From positions 8,506,962 to 8,570,961 of the forward strand of contig NC_134034.1 in NCBI RefSeq assembly GCF_964204645.1: a DNA stretch of 64,000 nucleotides. The letters are read 5' to 3'. Below, piece by piece: positions 11,454 to 23,955 of the stretch (positions are counted from its first letter, which is position 1; every line of letters begins with the position of its first letter). A model generated the notes under the pieces. It was not told the origin of the DNA. It did not search any database and was given only the letters and a program-made list of their open reading frames with translations. Origin of the DNA: Tubulanus polymorphus (lineage: Eukaryota; Animalia; Nemertea). The translations under genes were made by a program, and so were the position numbers.

Positions 11454-11482
11454 TTATAATACATATTTTTATTAAAATTTGA

Positions 11483-14400
11483 TTAACACGTTATAATCCT
11501 ATTCATTATCTCGTTCTCTTTTGTTTCTTCTCTTTTAAATTTTAAGTATTCATCTAAATTACAACCATAAGCAACTGTATGAATTCCATCATCTAAAATA
11601 TATCTTTTATCATCAAATGGGTTTAGACTTATCTTATCAATTTCTTCAATAAACATTTCATGATCTTCAGATCTTAAACATCTCATTTTATGTTTTCTAA
11701 CTTCTTCATTGAATATAGAATTGATGTAATCTTTGAAATGAATATTCTTTTCTACTACACTTTTGGTTATTCCTTTTAACTTTTTAGCTTCATGTTCTTT
11801 AGTTTTATATGAATACATTTTAGATCTAATACCTATGAATTCAATCATTTCTTCACCACCTAATTTATCTTTGAATTTACCGGGCACCTTTTTATTATCA
11901 TTGCTAAACAATTCATGATTTTTAGGATAATTACTGAAATCAAAATGATATTTTAATGTTTTTAAATCATTAGTTATGTTATCAGTTTTTATCTTTAATA
12001 TGTAACTGTCGGTATCAAAATATAGTATTTCTATATGTTTTTCTCCAAAAAGTGGTTGTAATACATTATAATAGAATTCATACATTAGTAATTTTGATAA
12101 TTCTAAAACTGAAGCGCCAACATAGATTGGTTTATTAAATTTCATTGATGTTCTTCTCATCTTAACTGCAGCTAAATTTTCATCAAATATTCTGTTACCA
12201 ATGAACTTAGGATATGTTTGTAAATGTCTAATTCTTTTACCATTACTTACTAACTCAATATCATTTCTATTTCTAATATTTTCACAAGTCTTACCATAGA
12301 ATGCATTATTCATTAACTTGAAGAAATCTTTCTCGAAATCAGTTTTAGCTTCAGTTCTCTGTTTGGTGTTAAAATCTATATATTTTTCTAACCACTTAGA
12401 TTGACTGAATGAAATATATCTATGTACTTTTTTTAGAACCATTCCTTGTTTTGGATAAAACTTTAACATTCTATAATGTACTACATAATTATATTTATCT
12501 TCTTGAGTTACCATTAACTTTTCTGTATGAATATGATTTTCGGGTTTAATTCTTTTTTGGTAATTTGATAATTCTTCATGAGTTACAGTTTTATGTTCGG
12601 GACAGTAAGCTAGATTTCTAGATTTAAATTTAATATGTTCAGGATATTCTAAATCTACAACAAAGAAGTAACCAGTATCTGAATCATCTGCAATATCTAG
12701 AATTCTTTTCTTCCAATCAAATTTATCATTATTTTTATTCTGTAAAACTTCAGTTAATTCAAATACTCCATAAGGTTGTGGTTCCATCATTGCCCAACCA
12801 TACAAATTATTTGCATCTATATATAATAACTTATATCCAGGGTTATCATTTACATTGAAATATCTATCGCCTAATACACCTGAAACTCCTCCTCTTATAG
12901 ATTTTTCAAATAATAGTAATTGATCTATATTTGTTAACAAATCCATTTTTATATCTGTAAATTTTAATCCACAATCCCATGTTAAACCTGGGCTAGAATA
13001 ACAATGACAAGGATCAATGTTAAAATATTTTAGGTTTACATCTCTAAACCTTTCGAATATATCGGTTAACAATAATACATTTGATTTTAAATATAAATGT
13101 ACTAATTGTCCATGATTTTCTATTTTGAAATGATTCCAAATATCCAATGTTCTATTATATACTTCATCTTTAACATATTCATTTTTTTATTCATCATAAA
13201 ATTGTTCTTTTAATAATTCAGTTATGTTAAAATCATTATGAATTTTATAGAAAGAATATGGAATTGCTCTATTATATCTCATTAATTTAAAATCATCATT
13301 ATTTGGGTAATATTCTTTTAATATCTTTAATTCATCATCAACTAATGATTTTGATAAGTTATCTAATGAACTATTTAAAAATCTATATGAGTCTATAAAT
13401 CTTAAACACACAAATTGGAATGATATATAATTCTCAGATGTTTTATCTAACATTTTAAATTTATAAGTTGGTATTTTATCTTTTGATCTATTTGAATTTA
13501 ATCTTTCTATTTCATTATTAATTTCTTCTATTTTATGACATAACTGTTTGGTGAATAAATGTGCATCATATCCTGATAGATTATGAAATATAACTGGTAC
13601 AAAATTAATTTTCTTAGCTTGTAAGTTACAATTCTCATGCGCGGCGCCTCTAAACTTTCCATTCAAATGATCATGGTCTCTTACTTTTTTATCTTTATAA
13701 TTAAATATCTTTTCACAATAATAACATTTATCTGCAAACTCAAATTCTTCTTTTTCTTCTTCTGTCATTATAATTTCTATATTTGTATTCAATAATTTAC
13801 TAAATCTTATTTCATATTCAATTAATAAGTCACAAAAATGATTGATTACATTTTCATTTCTATAATCATAATATTCACTTTCAATTAGTTCTGGATAATC
13901 AGATTTAATATATAACCTGAAAGCAGCAGCTGATTGATGAATCTTTTTAATTGTATTTGTTTTTGGTGGTTCATCTGAAAAATCATTTTCATTAGAATTT
14001 AATTTCTTTCTTTTATAATATATTTCTTTTCTATCTTGATAAGTTAATTCTTTATTTAATGATTCAAAATCTCCATATATAACAAATGGTACTTTATTTT
14101 TGTAATCATATTTTTTGAATTCTAATATTTTATCCTTTTCATTTGATAAAACTAATTTACAATAATCATGATTTTCACATAATTGTTTATGATTTAATAC
14201 TAATTTAATGTACTTTCATTACTGAATCTATGTAAACATTTTCTACAAAGATATATTTTATGGTGATCATTTTCTGATTTAAAAAATAAATCGATTTGTT
14301 TAATCCACATATAATGATTCTCATAATATAATATATCTATAACATCATTTGAATCATAATCTTTTGATAGGTATAAAGGTTCTAATGTATAATGTTTTAT

Positions 14401-15549
14401 ATTGTTACCTTTTGTATTTGGTAATTTGATTAAATCAAATACATTTATTCTTAAATTATTATCTCTTTCTATTTTTGGGATGTTTTTAATTTTAAATTTT
14501 TTTAAATTTAACAGGATACTTATCTATCTTATAATTATTTTCAAATGGTTTATAATGAGTTAATCTAAAACTATGTTGTTTATAATCTTCAACTGGGTGT
14601 AAACAACTTATTATAGCCCATAGAAAACATTTATCATCTTCATTTTGTACATTTATTACAGCATTAGTTTTAAATGGTAGTTTAATATAACTCGATGCTT
14701 CAATATCTGGTTCTTTATAATATGATACATTATTTTCATCAATTGGTTTCGATTTAGTTAACTTATTATATTTTGTGTTATAAACATGTAAAGTCATAAA
14801 TATTATTTCATCAAATATTAAACCAGATCCTTCAAAATATTTCTCTTCTATTTTAGTTTTTACTTCATTATAACATTTATCTAATTTATCATCTATATGT
14901 TGTTTTGAAATAATATGTTGTGAATGAGAATTTATATTATATATTGGATTATCTTTCCAGATTTTATAAACTTTACTTTAACTGATATACTTATTTTAGG
15001 GTATTCAACATCAGTTATTATTTTTATTATTTCTTTCATATTTTCTAAATGTTTTTTATTTTCTTCTAATGTTTTTCCTTTATGAAATTTAAACTCGATA
15101 GCTGCTGGGCCAATATCACTTTTAAATGCTTCGGTTATCTCTATATCTTTTTTATTACCTAATGAATTAATATAATTTCTTACATCTTCCATGTATGGTC
15201 TTTTATTGTTTAATTTATTTTTTATGCTTTTAATTGTCTTCTGTTTCTTATCATTATCTTTATCAAAATAATCTTCACCTAAAATATCATTATTCTTATT
15301 TCTAATATGACTTTTAGATTTTAAATGTTCTTTATAATATCTTTTATCACTGAATGATTGATTACATGTATCATATTTGTATGTTTCTTTTTCATTCGTT
15401 AATTCATCTAATTTAGTTTCTAATATATCATCTTCATATTCCAATTTCAATTTATTCTCTAAATGTGTTTTAGTTTTATTGTGTCTTGCTTTTTGGGATT
15501 TATCTATATTGATATTACATGTTGGGCAGTAGTACTTATTTGCTTCCAT
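11483..15549 (-). pseudogene. polB: Protein-primed family B DNA polymerase polyprotein (zinc fingers/terminal-protein region, vOTU-like protease, exonuclease with EndoVII/HNH insert, polymerase); several frameshifts
   Basis: YIDANNLYGWAM, KLMNNAFYGK, YFDTDS; exonuclease IYGDFES and FHNLSGYDAH; VRDHDHLNGKFRGAAHENCN; NVQNEDDKCFLWAI and NHYMWIK; N-terminal CPTC..HNKTKTH. Confidence 0.95.
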
Positions 15550-15600
15550 TTTAATATCAAATTTTTTTTTTAAATTGATTTTAGAAGTTCAATGATTTAT

Positions 15601-15987
15601 ATATGAATTATTTCAATCACACTTTACTAACACTTTTAATGTTTAAAAATCTAACTCATACAAATATGAATATTGAAATAATGTTTAAAATATATCTATA
15701 TATCTATTCTATAAGAGCTTACACTTTTATATTGAATAATCTGTCAATTTAAATGTTATTCATGTAAATTATGTTTATATATTTATGAATATCTTAAGAG
15801 TAATAGGGGTAATGGGCTTTCAGGTTAAAGGTTGAAGGGGCAAGTGAGTAAAAAATGAAAATAACAATAATTTACAGTTGAATAAGGAGTGTGCGCGACT
15901 AATTCAACTGTAAATTATTGTTATTTTCATTTTTTTACGAGCTCGACCCTTCGACCTTTGGCTTGAAAGCCCATTACCCCTATTACT
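15601..15987. repeat. Right terminal repeat of the Polinton, including a 189-bp terminal hairpin (15799-15987)
   Basis: AGTAATAGGGGTAATGGGCTTTCA...TGAAAGCCCATTACCCCTATTACT; 15601-15800 aligns by eye with 37369-37590. Confidence 0.88.
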
Positions 15988-16339
15988 GTCCACACTTCAA
16001 ATCTATTCCAGTTCGAATTGTAAGATATATTGCATTTAAAAAGTTCATCATTGTGATTAGTTATTACAAATTGTTTCCTTCTAAACAGTTTACTAAATAA
16101 GAATTTATCGATGGCAACGAAACATTTCGTTGCCACGGCTGTGCAAACATAATTCAGTCTCTATTGCGAATGAATACACTGCAGAAGCATCTTGCTTTGA
16201 AATGTTCCTGAAAATCACCAAGTCGGCGTTTAACCTACTTTTGTTGAATATTTGGGGATTTTTACCTAGGGGATGTTTTTCCTGGATTTTTTTGTTTTGT
16301 TTTACCTACAACCGGGTGAGGGCAGTGTGTGATTACAGT

Positions 16340-16952
16340 TGGTCGAATATGCAATTTTTGTTGGAAATGAGCTGAACATACCATAAAAATCGCAATTTTT
16401 TGAAGCTTAATGTCTGAAAATATGGTATTGATTGGACTGCTAATTACTTAAATACTCTCTGTAATTGATTACCAATTATTGCTGAATATGGGTTTTCTTC
16501 CTTTTTTATTTTTGGCAAACCGTCGAATATCCATAAATATCCATATATGAGCATGTATATCCGTCGAATATGGAGAATGAATTGAATTATTACACAGCGA
16601 ACTGTCGAATATGCGTCGAATATGGAAAATTATTTATATGATTATTTTGGTGAACCGTCGAATATGCGTTGAATATGGTCACTCCATCTGAAATGGTTTT
16701 TCCGGACCCCGTCGAATATGGTGACCCCTTTTTTCAGTTCAAAAATGTTGGTAACTATCAGTCATTTTCGGTATTAGCTTGTTTGATATGCTAATACAGT
16801 ATCTAAATCAACTTATTGTGACTTAATATCCGAGATAAATGAATCTGATATCGGAAACGAGAGTGACAAAAAAGTTCAAAATTTCAAATTGATTTTTCTC
16901 AGTTTCAATAAAAGTGCATATTCGACGGTTCGCCAGAAACCCAGCGAATTTT
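16340..16952. repeat. Cluster of (CC)GTCGAATAT(G) motifs; probable non-autonomous DNA transposon end
   Basis: About eight direct copies in 16340-16720 and one inverted copy (CATATTCGACGGTT) at ~16917. Confidence 0.5.
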
Positions 16953-17634
16953 TCAAAGCACTACGGCATAGGAACGACACCGACAGGGATACGGTGGCCG
17001 AGTCGCGCGAAGCACTACCGACATAGGCGACCTATGCAGCTTGTGCTTTGAATGACATAGCGAGCGTAGTGTCGGAGCAGCGGACCCTATGCAGCCTGTG
17101 CTTCGAACGGCATAGTACGCGTAATGCTTCGGCGATGTACGAGTGCATAGGAGGGCTATGCACGACACAACATACGGCGTCGTATAATGCGCATCGGCGC
17201 TCGGGTCGGGCTACCATTCGTACTCGACTCGTCGTTGTGACACGGAGCGCAGTTTCTATCAACTCTACCCAATAATCATCGATTAATCACGTCTGGCCGA
17301 GGCAAGGGCGGTAAAGGAAACGTGATCGCGCGCGTGTTGTGTTAGTCGCCCCTACACGGCGTTTTCTCGCGGCCTGTTACAAACCTTCGGATTACTTAAG
17401 TAACGCTGTTGCGCCTTTGGATATATTATATATTATATTATCGAGATCGGATTACTCCAGTGAGAGATATTACTTGCCGGTGAAATCTTTATATTTATTC
17501 TCATATTTATATTATATTATATTTATATTGCACTTGTTTGATTAAATTTTTCTCATAACCTTAACCTCATTGTCAATTGTTGAAATTAACGTTTTTTTCT
17601 CTCCTCAATGTTTATAAATATAACGTCCCCGACA

Positions 17635-18577
17635 ATGACTGTATTAATTGACCGGTCAAGGACACTAGTTGTAGAGAGCACATACTCACTACAAGATTGG
17701 ACCCAAAACGACATTATTAAACTATTAAGGTCACAAGACATCCACGTGGGCGAAATAGCCCAAATCTCTAGAGTAGGACAATACCTCTACGAGGTATCCT
17801 TCTCAGACCCATTGGTCGTTGATACCTTAATTAAAGACAATAAAGATGTTGATATCGCATATAAAGACATCTCTGTACGGTTTAAACGTGCAGAAAATAT
17901 AACCACTGACTCCGTACGGAATACCTACCTGCACGTATGGAGCCCCATACGAGATGTCCCGAGCAGATATCCAAAATAAGCTTGCAGAAAAATACGGGTT
18001 TACCGTAACTTCGTACAAGCGGGGACCACTGAGGGAACATCCTCATATTTTCTCAGGCGTTCGCCACTTTGTTGGCATCTTGGACAAACCCATATATCGT
18101 ACTCTATATGTGAAAAAAGTCAGGCTCACCATCAAGTACGAGGGGCAGGAAGTACTTCCCCCTCTCTGTTATAGCTGTCGAGAAAGAGGCCATATAGCTA
18201 AGGATTGCCCAGGACCAAAACCCACCCAATGACTCAACCAACAACCGGAAGCTCCATTATACTCCCAGGTCGCAAAAATCCCACTACCCGACCCAGTTGA
18301 AAATGAACTAGATATAGACCCGGTTGAACCCAAACCAATCGCCGGTCCATCACATCTTGGTGATAATGTCAGCTTCACCTCCACAGATAAAGACGACATT
18401 TACTACCGGGAACTCGAAAGTCTTCCCATATACCAACACAACATTGATGAAAACCTGGATGCCTGTGTGTCGCGCCCTATCAGGAAGACATCTACCCCAA
18501 ATAGGAAACGACAGCACGTCTCACCTGAAGAAAAAGAAAAAAAGCGGCGCGCAAGCGTCCACTATGTAGACGTCTAA
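17635..18577 (+). pseudogene. LINE ORF1 (RRM-like region + CCHC knuckle), frameshift and stop
   Basis: MTVLIDRSRTL.., CYSCRERGHIAKDC; stop TAA immediately followed by the ORF2 ATG. Confidence 0.85.
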
Positions 18578-21500
18578 ATGTCCAGTCAAACAAATACAAC
18601 TAATCCCCTCCGAGTCATATCCCTGAACACGGAGGGCTTGTCAACCAAAATTACGAATATAGTCCACCAACTAAAACGATACTCAAACACAATTATGCTC
18701 CTTCAAGAAACTCATAATCCTAGCCCTAAACATCTCGTATATCTAGAAAATAAACTCCACATAAAGATCTACAACAACCCAGGCACGAAACAACAAGCAG
18801 GCACCATAATTACGTTCCCAAATAACCTGTTTGCACTCTACAGCATAACTTTCGAAATTCAAATACCGGGCCGACTCTCCACCCTTAAAATCAACGTTAA
18901 AAATAATAGAACCCTACTACTAATTTATAATATATATGCGCCATCCGTGAACCTTCGTAAGAAACACTTCTTTGAAGAACTCAATGAAAAGATTAATACA
19001 AATAACGTCCCCATCATTGTAGCAGGCGACTTCAACATGATTCTCCAACCCATAGACAGTAGCAAATACCAATTAGTTAAAAATACAAAATCAGTCCTCC
19101 AAGCCTTGACCCTTATCCTATCAAACAACAACTTAACGGACGTTTTCAGACATAATCACCCAAACAAACAAGAATATACACGCACACCTAGAGGAAAATC
19201 CATCCATCGTTTAGCATCGACACGTCTTGATAGAATATACACTAACGACAGACATATATTAAGCTCATCGAAAATAGAACACATACCTATACTTTTCTCA
19301 GACCACTGTGCAGTACAAATAACCATTCCGTTCCTGATCCCAACAGCCGCTGTTAAAACCCATACAGGCAAAAATTCAGATACCCTCTGGAAATGTAATA
19401 ATTCAATCCTAAGCCACCCAAAAATTAAAGAAAATATCAGCTGAAATTGAATCCTATGTAAATTATAATAAAACTTTAAAATCCGCCCAAGATTCATGGG
19501 ACGAACTAAAAACTAACTAACAGAAATTAACAGACGAGCAAGCGGCCACCTTAGAAGAACTTTTATCAATAGACGAAACCTTTACTGCCCTCAAAGGAAT
19601 GAATAAATCACCAGGCCCCGATGGACTAAGTAAAGAGTTCTACCTAACCTTTTGGAATCAAATCGGACCCGAAATTACCGAATTATTCAACAACATACTT
19701 TTCTCAAACTCATTAACAAATTCACAAAAAACCGCCCACGTCAGGCTCATCCCAAAAAAAGGTGACATAACACTCATTAAAAATTGGCGACCAATCTCTC
19801 TTTTAAATATTGATTACAAAATTCTAACAAAAGTCTTATCCAATAGACTAAAAACAGTTATGCCTTACCTCACACACCCTGACCAAACCTGCGGTATCCC
19901 AAATAGACAGATTTTTGAAAATATATATTTAGCCCAAGACATCTTTAACTTTTATAGAACTAAAAATACCACCCATGCCATAATGTCAATCGACCAAGAA
20001 AAGCCTTTGACAGATTAGATCACAACTTTGTGAAAAAAGTAATTCGAAAACAAAATTTCGGCCCCAACTTTAGAAAATGGATCGACATCTTATACGAAAA
20101 CCCACACTCTAAAATTATTCTAAATCACCAACTTACAAACCCAATCGAAATTCAAAAAGGCGTGAGACAAGGGTGCTCACTATCTATGCAACTATTCATA
20201 TTATGTATCGAAATAATCGGCAACATGATTAGACAAAACACAAATATCAAAGGATTCAATCACCCCGGTGGAAAAACTCGCACCAAACTAACTCAATACG
20301 CAGACGATGTTAACACCTATATCACATCATTGGAAGAAATGAACCTCATCTTCAAAATATACGATAAATATGGCCTGGCCTCAGGATCAAAAATCAACCG
20401 TGACAAAACTGAAATTTTACTCATTAATCCCACTGCCAAAAATCCATACCCGGCCGAATACACGAAACCCTTCATTAAAATTCTTGGCTTACAATTAGGA
20501 AACATCACCAACAAAGAGTTATGGACACCGATCATTGAGAAAATTATTACCACTTTTAAAATCATGACTATTAGAAATCTGAACTTTATACAACGGGCAA
20601 AACTAGCAAATACCTATATACTTAGCAAACTTTGGTTTATAGCAAGATTCATTGAACCACCTAGAGACTATATCAATTTACTGCAAACCGAACTATTTAA
20701 CTTTATTAGGCATAAGAAATTGCCAACTATTTCCCGAGAAATTATGTACCAACCAATTGAAGACGGTGGCTGTGGTGTCACAAATATCAGTAAAAAACTT
20801 AAAGCTCACCTCATCCAAAAACTATTTACACTTTCATCGCTAACCCAAAACAATATTAGACCAGCCTGGGCAGATTTTATGATATACTCACTCGGAACCA
20901 ATAGAGTAAAAAAACTCATACCTAACATAGATACCACAAACATACCATATAACCTAACAACACCACCCTACTACAGAAACCTAGAACTCACTATCCACGA
21001 ACTCTCAAAGATGAAAATTGATATTAACAGTCCAGGACTAATAGTACAGAATTTTTATAAACCCCTAGTTTACAACATTATAGCTACCGCAAAAGTTCGA
21101 AAGAAAATCCCATTACGAAATTGGAAAAAAGTCTGGAGCTCAGCATGGGGAAAATTTCTTCCAAACGTCTACCAAGAGCTTAATTACCGTATAATCCACG
21201 ATGCCCTTCCACTATCCAAAGCCAAATATCTATCTAAATGCCCCCACTGCAACCAAAAAGAAACCATTAAACACGTTTTCATAGACTGTATCCATATTAA
21301 AGAAACTCAAAACCTCCTCAAAAAATATTTCAAAATAACAACTAACTCTAAAATAGATATCAACTACGAATTGATCTGCTTTAACCATATAAATTATACT
21401 TTGAAATCGAAAACCTACGAGGAATACACCCTCACACTTCTATCGGCATACAAATACAGCATATGGAAATATCGCAACAACCACAAACATAACGATCCCA

Positions 21501-21580
21501 TAAAAATTCTTCCGATCCAAACCTTTAAAGCAGAAATTAAAAGCTGTAAAAACATTAAAACAGCACCAAATCCCCTATGA
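18578..21580 (+). pseudogene. LINE ORF2: APE endonuclease, reverse transcriptase, C-terminal CCHC
   Basis: LQETH, AGDFN, RLDRIY, FSDH; KSPGPDG, WRPISLLN, KGVRQG, QYADD; CPHC..H...C. Confidence 0.95.
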
Positions 21581-22889
21581 ACTGTAATAGACCTGTCCAC
21601 ACATCGTATAGACTAGACAAATATACAACATTGAAAAATTACTACGATCTATAATACTTGCACTTATACCTTTGTATACTTCTCAACTGTGTACCTTCGG
21701 TACACACACGTCCCTAATTAGACATATCATAATTTTTAGACTATAAATGGAAAAACTATATATTTCTAGAAATTGTAAATATACTTTTAAGACAATACAC
21801 AAACTCTGCCTTTGTGTATCATCCTGTTTCCCAGTTTATAGACTGTCAGACATCATACAGCCCTTTCTATTCCCTATATATTACATATACGTATCGACTA
21901 CGCGGACCATCCGTATATAACAATAAACATATATACTTTCGTATGTATTTGCAAGCTTTAACCGCCTCAAAATCACATTTTCCCCGACTCGAAAACATGC
22001 ATCCCTGTCCCGACACACAGGCAATCGACTCCTGATTAGACAAACTGACTACGTAGACAATCCTCGTGTACACAAATAGAAAGGTGGCTAGCCATCAGCC
22101 CCTCTCTCTAGCCCAATAAGCCTCAAGCATAAAGCTTTACATCCTAGACGAATATTTATATGAAACACTCTCCTTTCTATGCAGCACAAACACTGCAGAC
22201 CTGCCTCAACAATGTTCGAAAGGATTGCATACAACTGTCTCTGACACAATCGACCGCCATTGTTTAAATTTGGCAACAGTACCGATATCCGTTTGTCAAA
22301 ATTTGGCAACAGCATCGATATCCGTTGACATGGATCCATTTGCCGATACCTAACGCTTCGACAACGCAGCAAATATGACGCATCTAACAGTCGTCTAAGA
22401 CCCAATGCAAAATTAGTATGTTGTCAAAAATCCGGCAACATACTAAAAATATACCCTTTTCCAAATGTTTCAATCTGAAACTTATATACATAAGTATATA
22501 CCCCTTCTTATCAGTTGTGCACAGATTTTGCCGGCTTTTCCCCTACCATGTGTCAAAGAACACATACTGCATGCAGTCGTCTAAGTAAGGACAACTGACC
22601 AAACAGTACTGCCCTTGTATTCCTATAATCCCTATTGATACAAATCTCAATCTCTATTAATAGACCCCTATAGTAATTGGAAGATGTGGGTTTCAGATCA
22701 GAGGACGAGAGGACGAGACACCACTCATCACCACAAGTAATTTTTTTTCCTAATAAATGGGAGATAGAAAAGCATTCTTAGCAACAATAAATAACAGAAT
22801 AAAACCAGTAAAAAAATAATTTGAAATAAAAAAGTTAATTGATGTTAGAAAAGAAATTGAACATAAAATATTGAAACTAGAAAAACATC

Positions 22890-23580
22890 AGGGCCGAAAT
22901 AGAATTTTACGCAAACTATAAGAAAACTTTAAAATCCGCCCAAGATTCATGGGACGAACTAATAACAAATTTTTAAAAAGTCATTGTTAAAATATCCGGC
23001 GAAATAAACCAAGAACACATCAAATTGGAAAAGGAATTAAACGAAAAACTAATTACAAAAATACAGATATACAATAACACCAAATGTAAAACAGCACTCA
23101 TCGAAATTAACATCTAAAACAGCAAATCAACGAACTTAAACTATACAGAAACAAAGCCTACCAAATCCAATCACGAGCGAATACACTTTTAGAAAATGAA
23201 AACAGCGCTTTGTATATTGAAATACTTAGAAACGAATAACAAAAAAAGTACAAATTAAATCCCTTAAAGATAAAAATGGTGAATAAAAACATAATATAGA
23301 AGATTTAAAATCAATAGCTTCTTTTATCAAGACTTATATACCGAACAAATGAACAAGCCAATTCACTAGAACACTTAATAACCATTGACGAAACACACAT
23401 AGCATTAAAACAGATGAGCAACAACAAATCCCCCGGCCCAGACGGGTTAACAAAGGAATTTTACATGACCTTTGGGACCAAACATATAATAACATTTTAC
23501 TATCAAATTCATTAACAGAAACCCCAAAATTATGAAAAACTGGCGACCCATATCTCTACTTAATGTTGATTATAAAATTC
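22890..23580 (+). pseudogene. Degenerate family-A LINE ORF2 fragment (linker to early RT)
   Basis: Homologous to 19450-19510, 35510-35773 and 37809-38345; contains KSPGPDG and WRPISLLN codons. Confidence 0.8.
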
Positions 23581-23690
23581 GGGTGTTTCTAAAACTATGC
23601 ACTACTAAAACGAAGACCGAAGACCTATGCACTTTGCGAAACTAAAACTATGCATGACTAAAACGAAGACCGAAGACCTATGCACTCATT
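23581..23690. repeat. Short tandem duplication, possible DNA-transposon end fragment
   Basis: CTAAAACTATGCA..ACTAAAACGAAGACCGAAGACCTATGCACT occurs twice after GGGTGTTT. Confidence 0.5.
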
Positions 23691-23955
23691 AGAAATCGTA
23701 ACTAGGGGCGCTATTTGTATATTCAACCACCTCTGTCGATGAGTATAGGCAATAGGGACCTACTAGATATATATCATCTTTTCGATACCGGACCGGATCA
23801 AAATCCAGCTGGAGACAATCATTATCGGTGAAACCTTTTTCACTTTGTAGTGCACCTATTTCATGTTATCATTTTGAAAATTAAAAGTTCTTACATTAAC
23901 ATTTTAACTATAACATTTTGTCTCTTCGCACTTATAATATATATATATATGCATT

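Larger units (their letters stand above)
200..15987. mobile_element. Polinton/Maverick (adintovirus-like) endogenous element; right terminus present, left terminus not seen
   Basis: Intron-less, very AT-rich, gene-dense block with rve integrase, A32-like ATPase, capsid genes and pPolB. Ends in ...CCCCTATTACT (5'-AGTAATAGGGG on the minus strand; Polinton termini start with AG). Left boundary approximate. Confidence 0.95.
17300..22700 (+). mobile_element. L1/Tx1-like non-LTR retrotransposon, family A, copy 1 (decayed; EN-RT linker deleted at ~19517)
   Basis: 5'UTR homologous to 33296-33690; ORF1, ORF2, and 3'UTR homologous to 40787-41305. Boundaries approximate. Confidence 0.9.

Noticed and set aside
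16953-17275. Short overlapping ORFs or rRNA in the GC-rich island
   Set aside because: No protein motif and no recognisable rRNA/snRNA sequence; ORFs are expected by chance at higher GC.
18572-18580. TAAATG at the LINE ORF1/ORF2 junction as a viral promoter
   Set aside because: It is a stop-start junction (TGAAATG in copy A2) without a T-run, so it was not counted.
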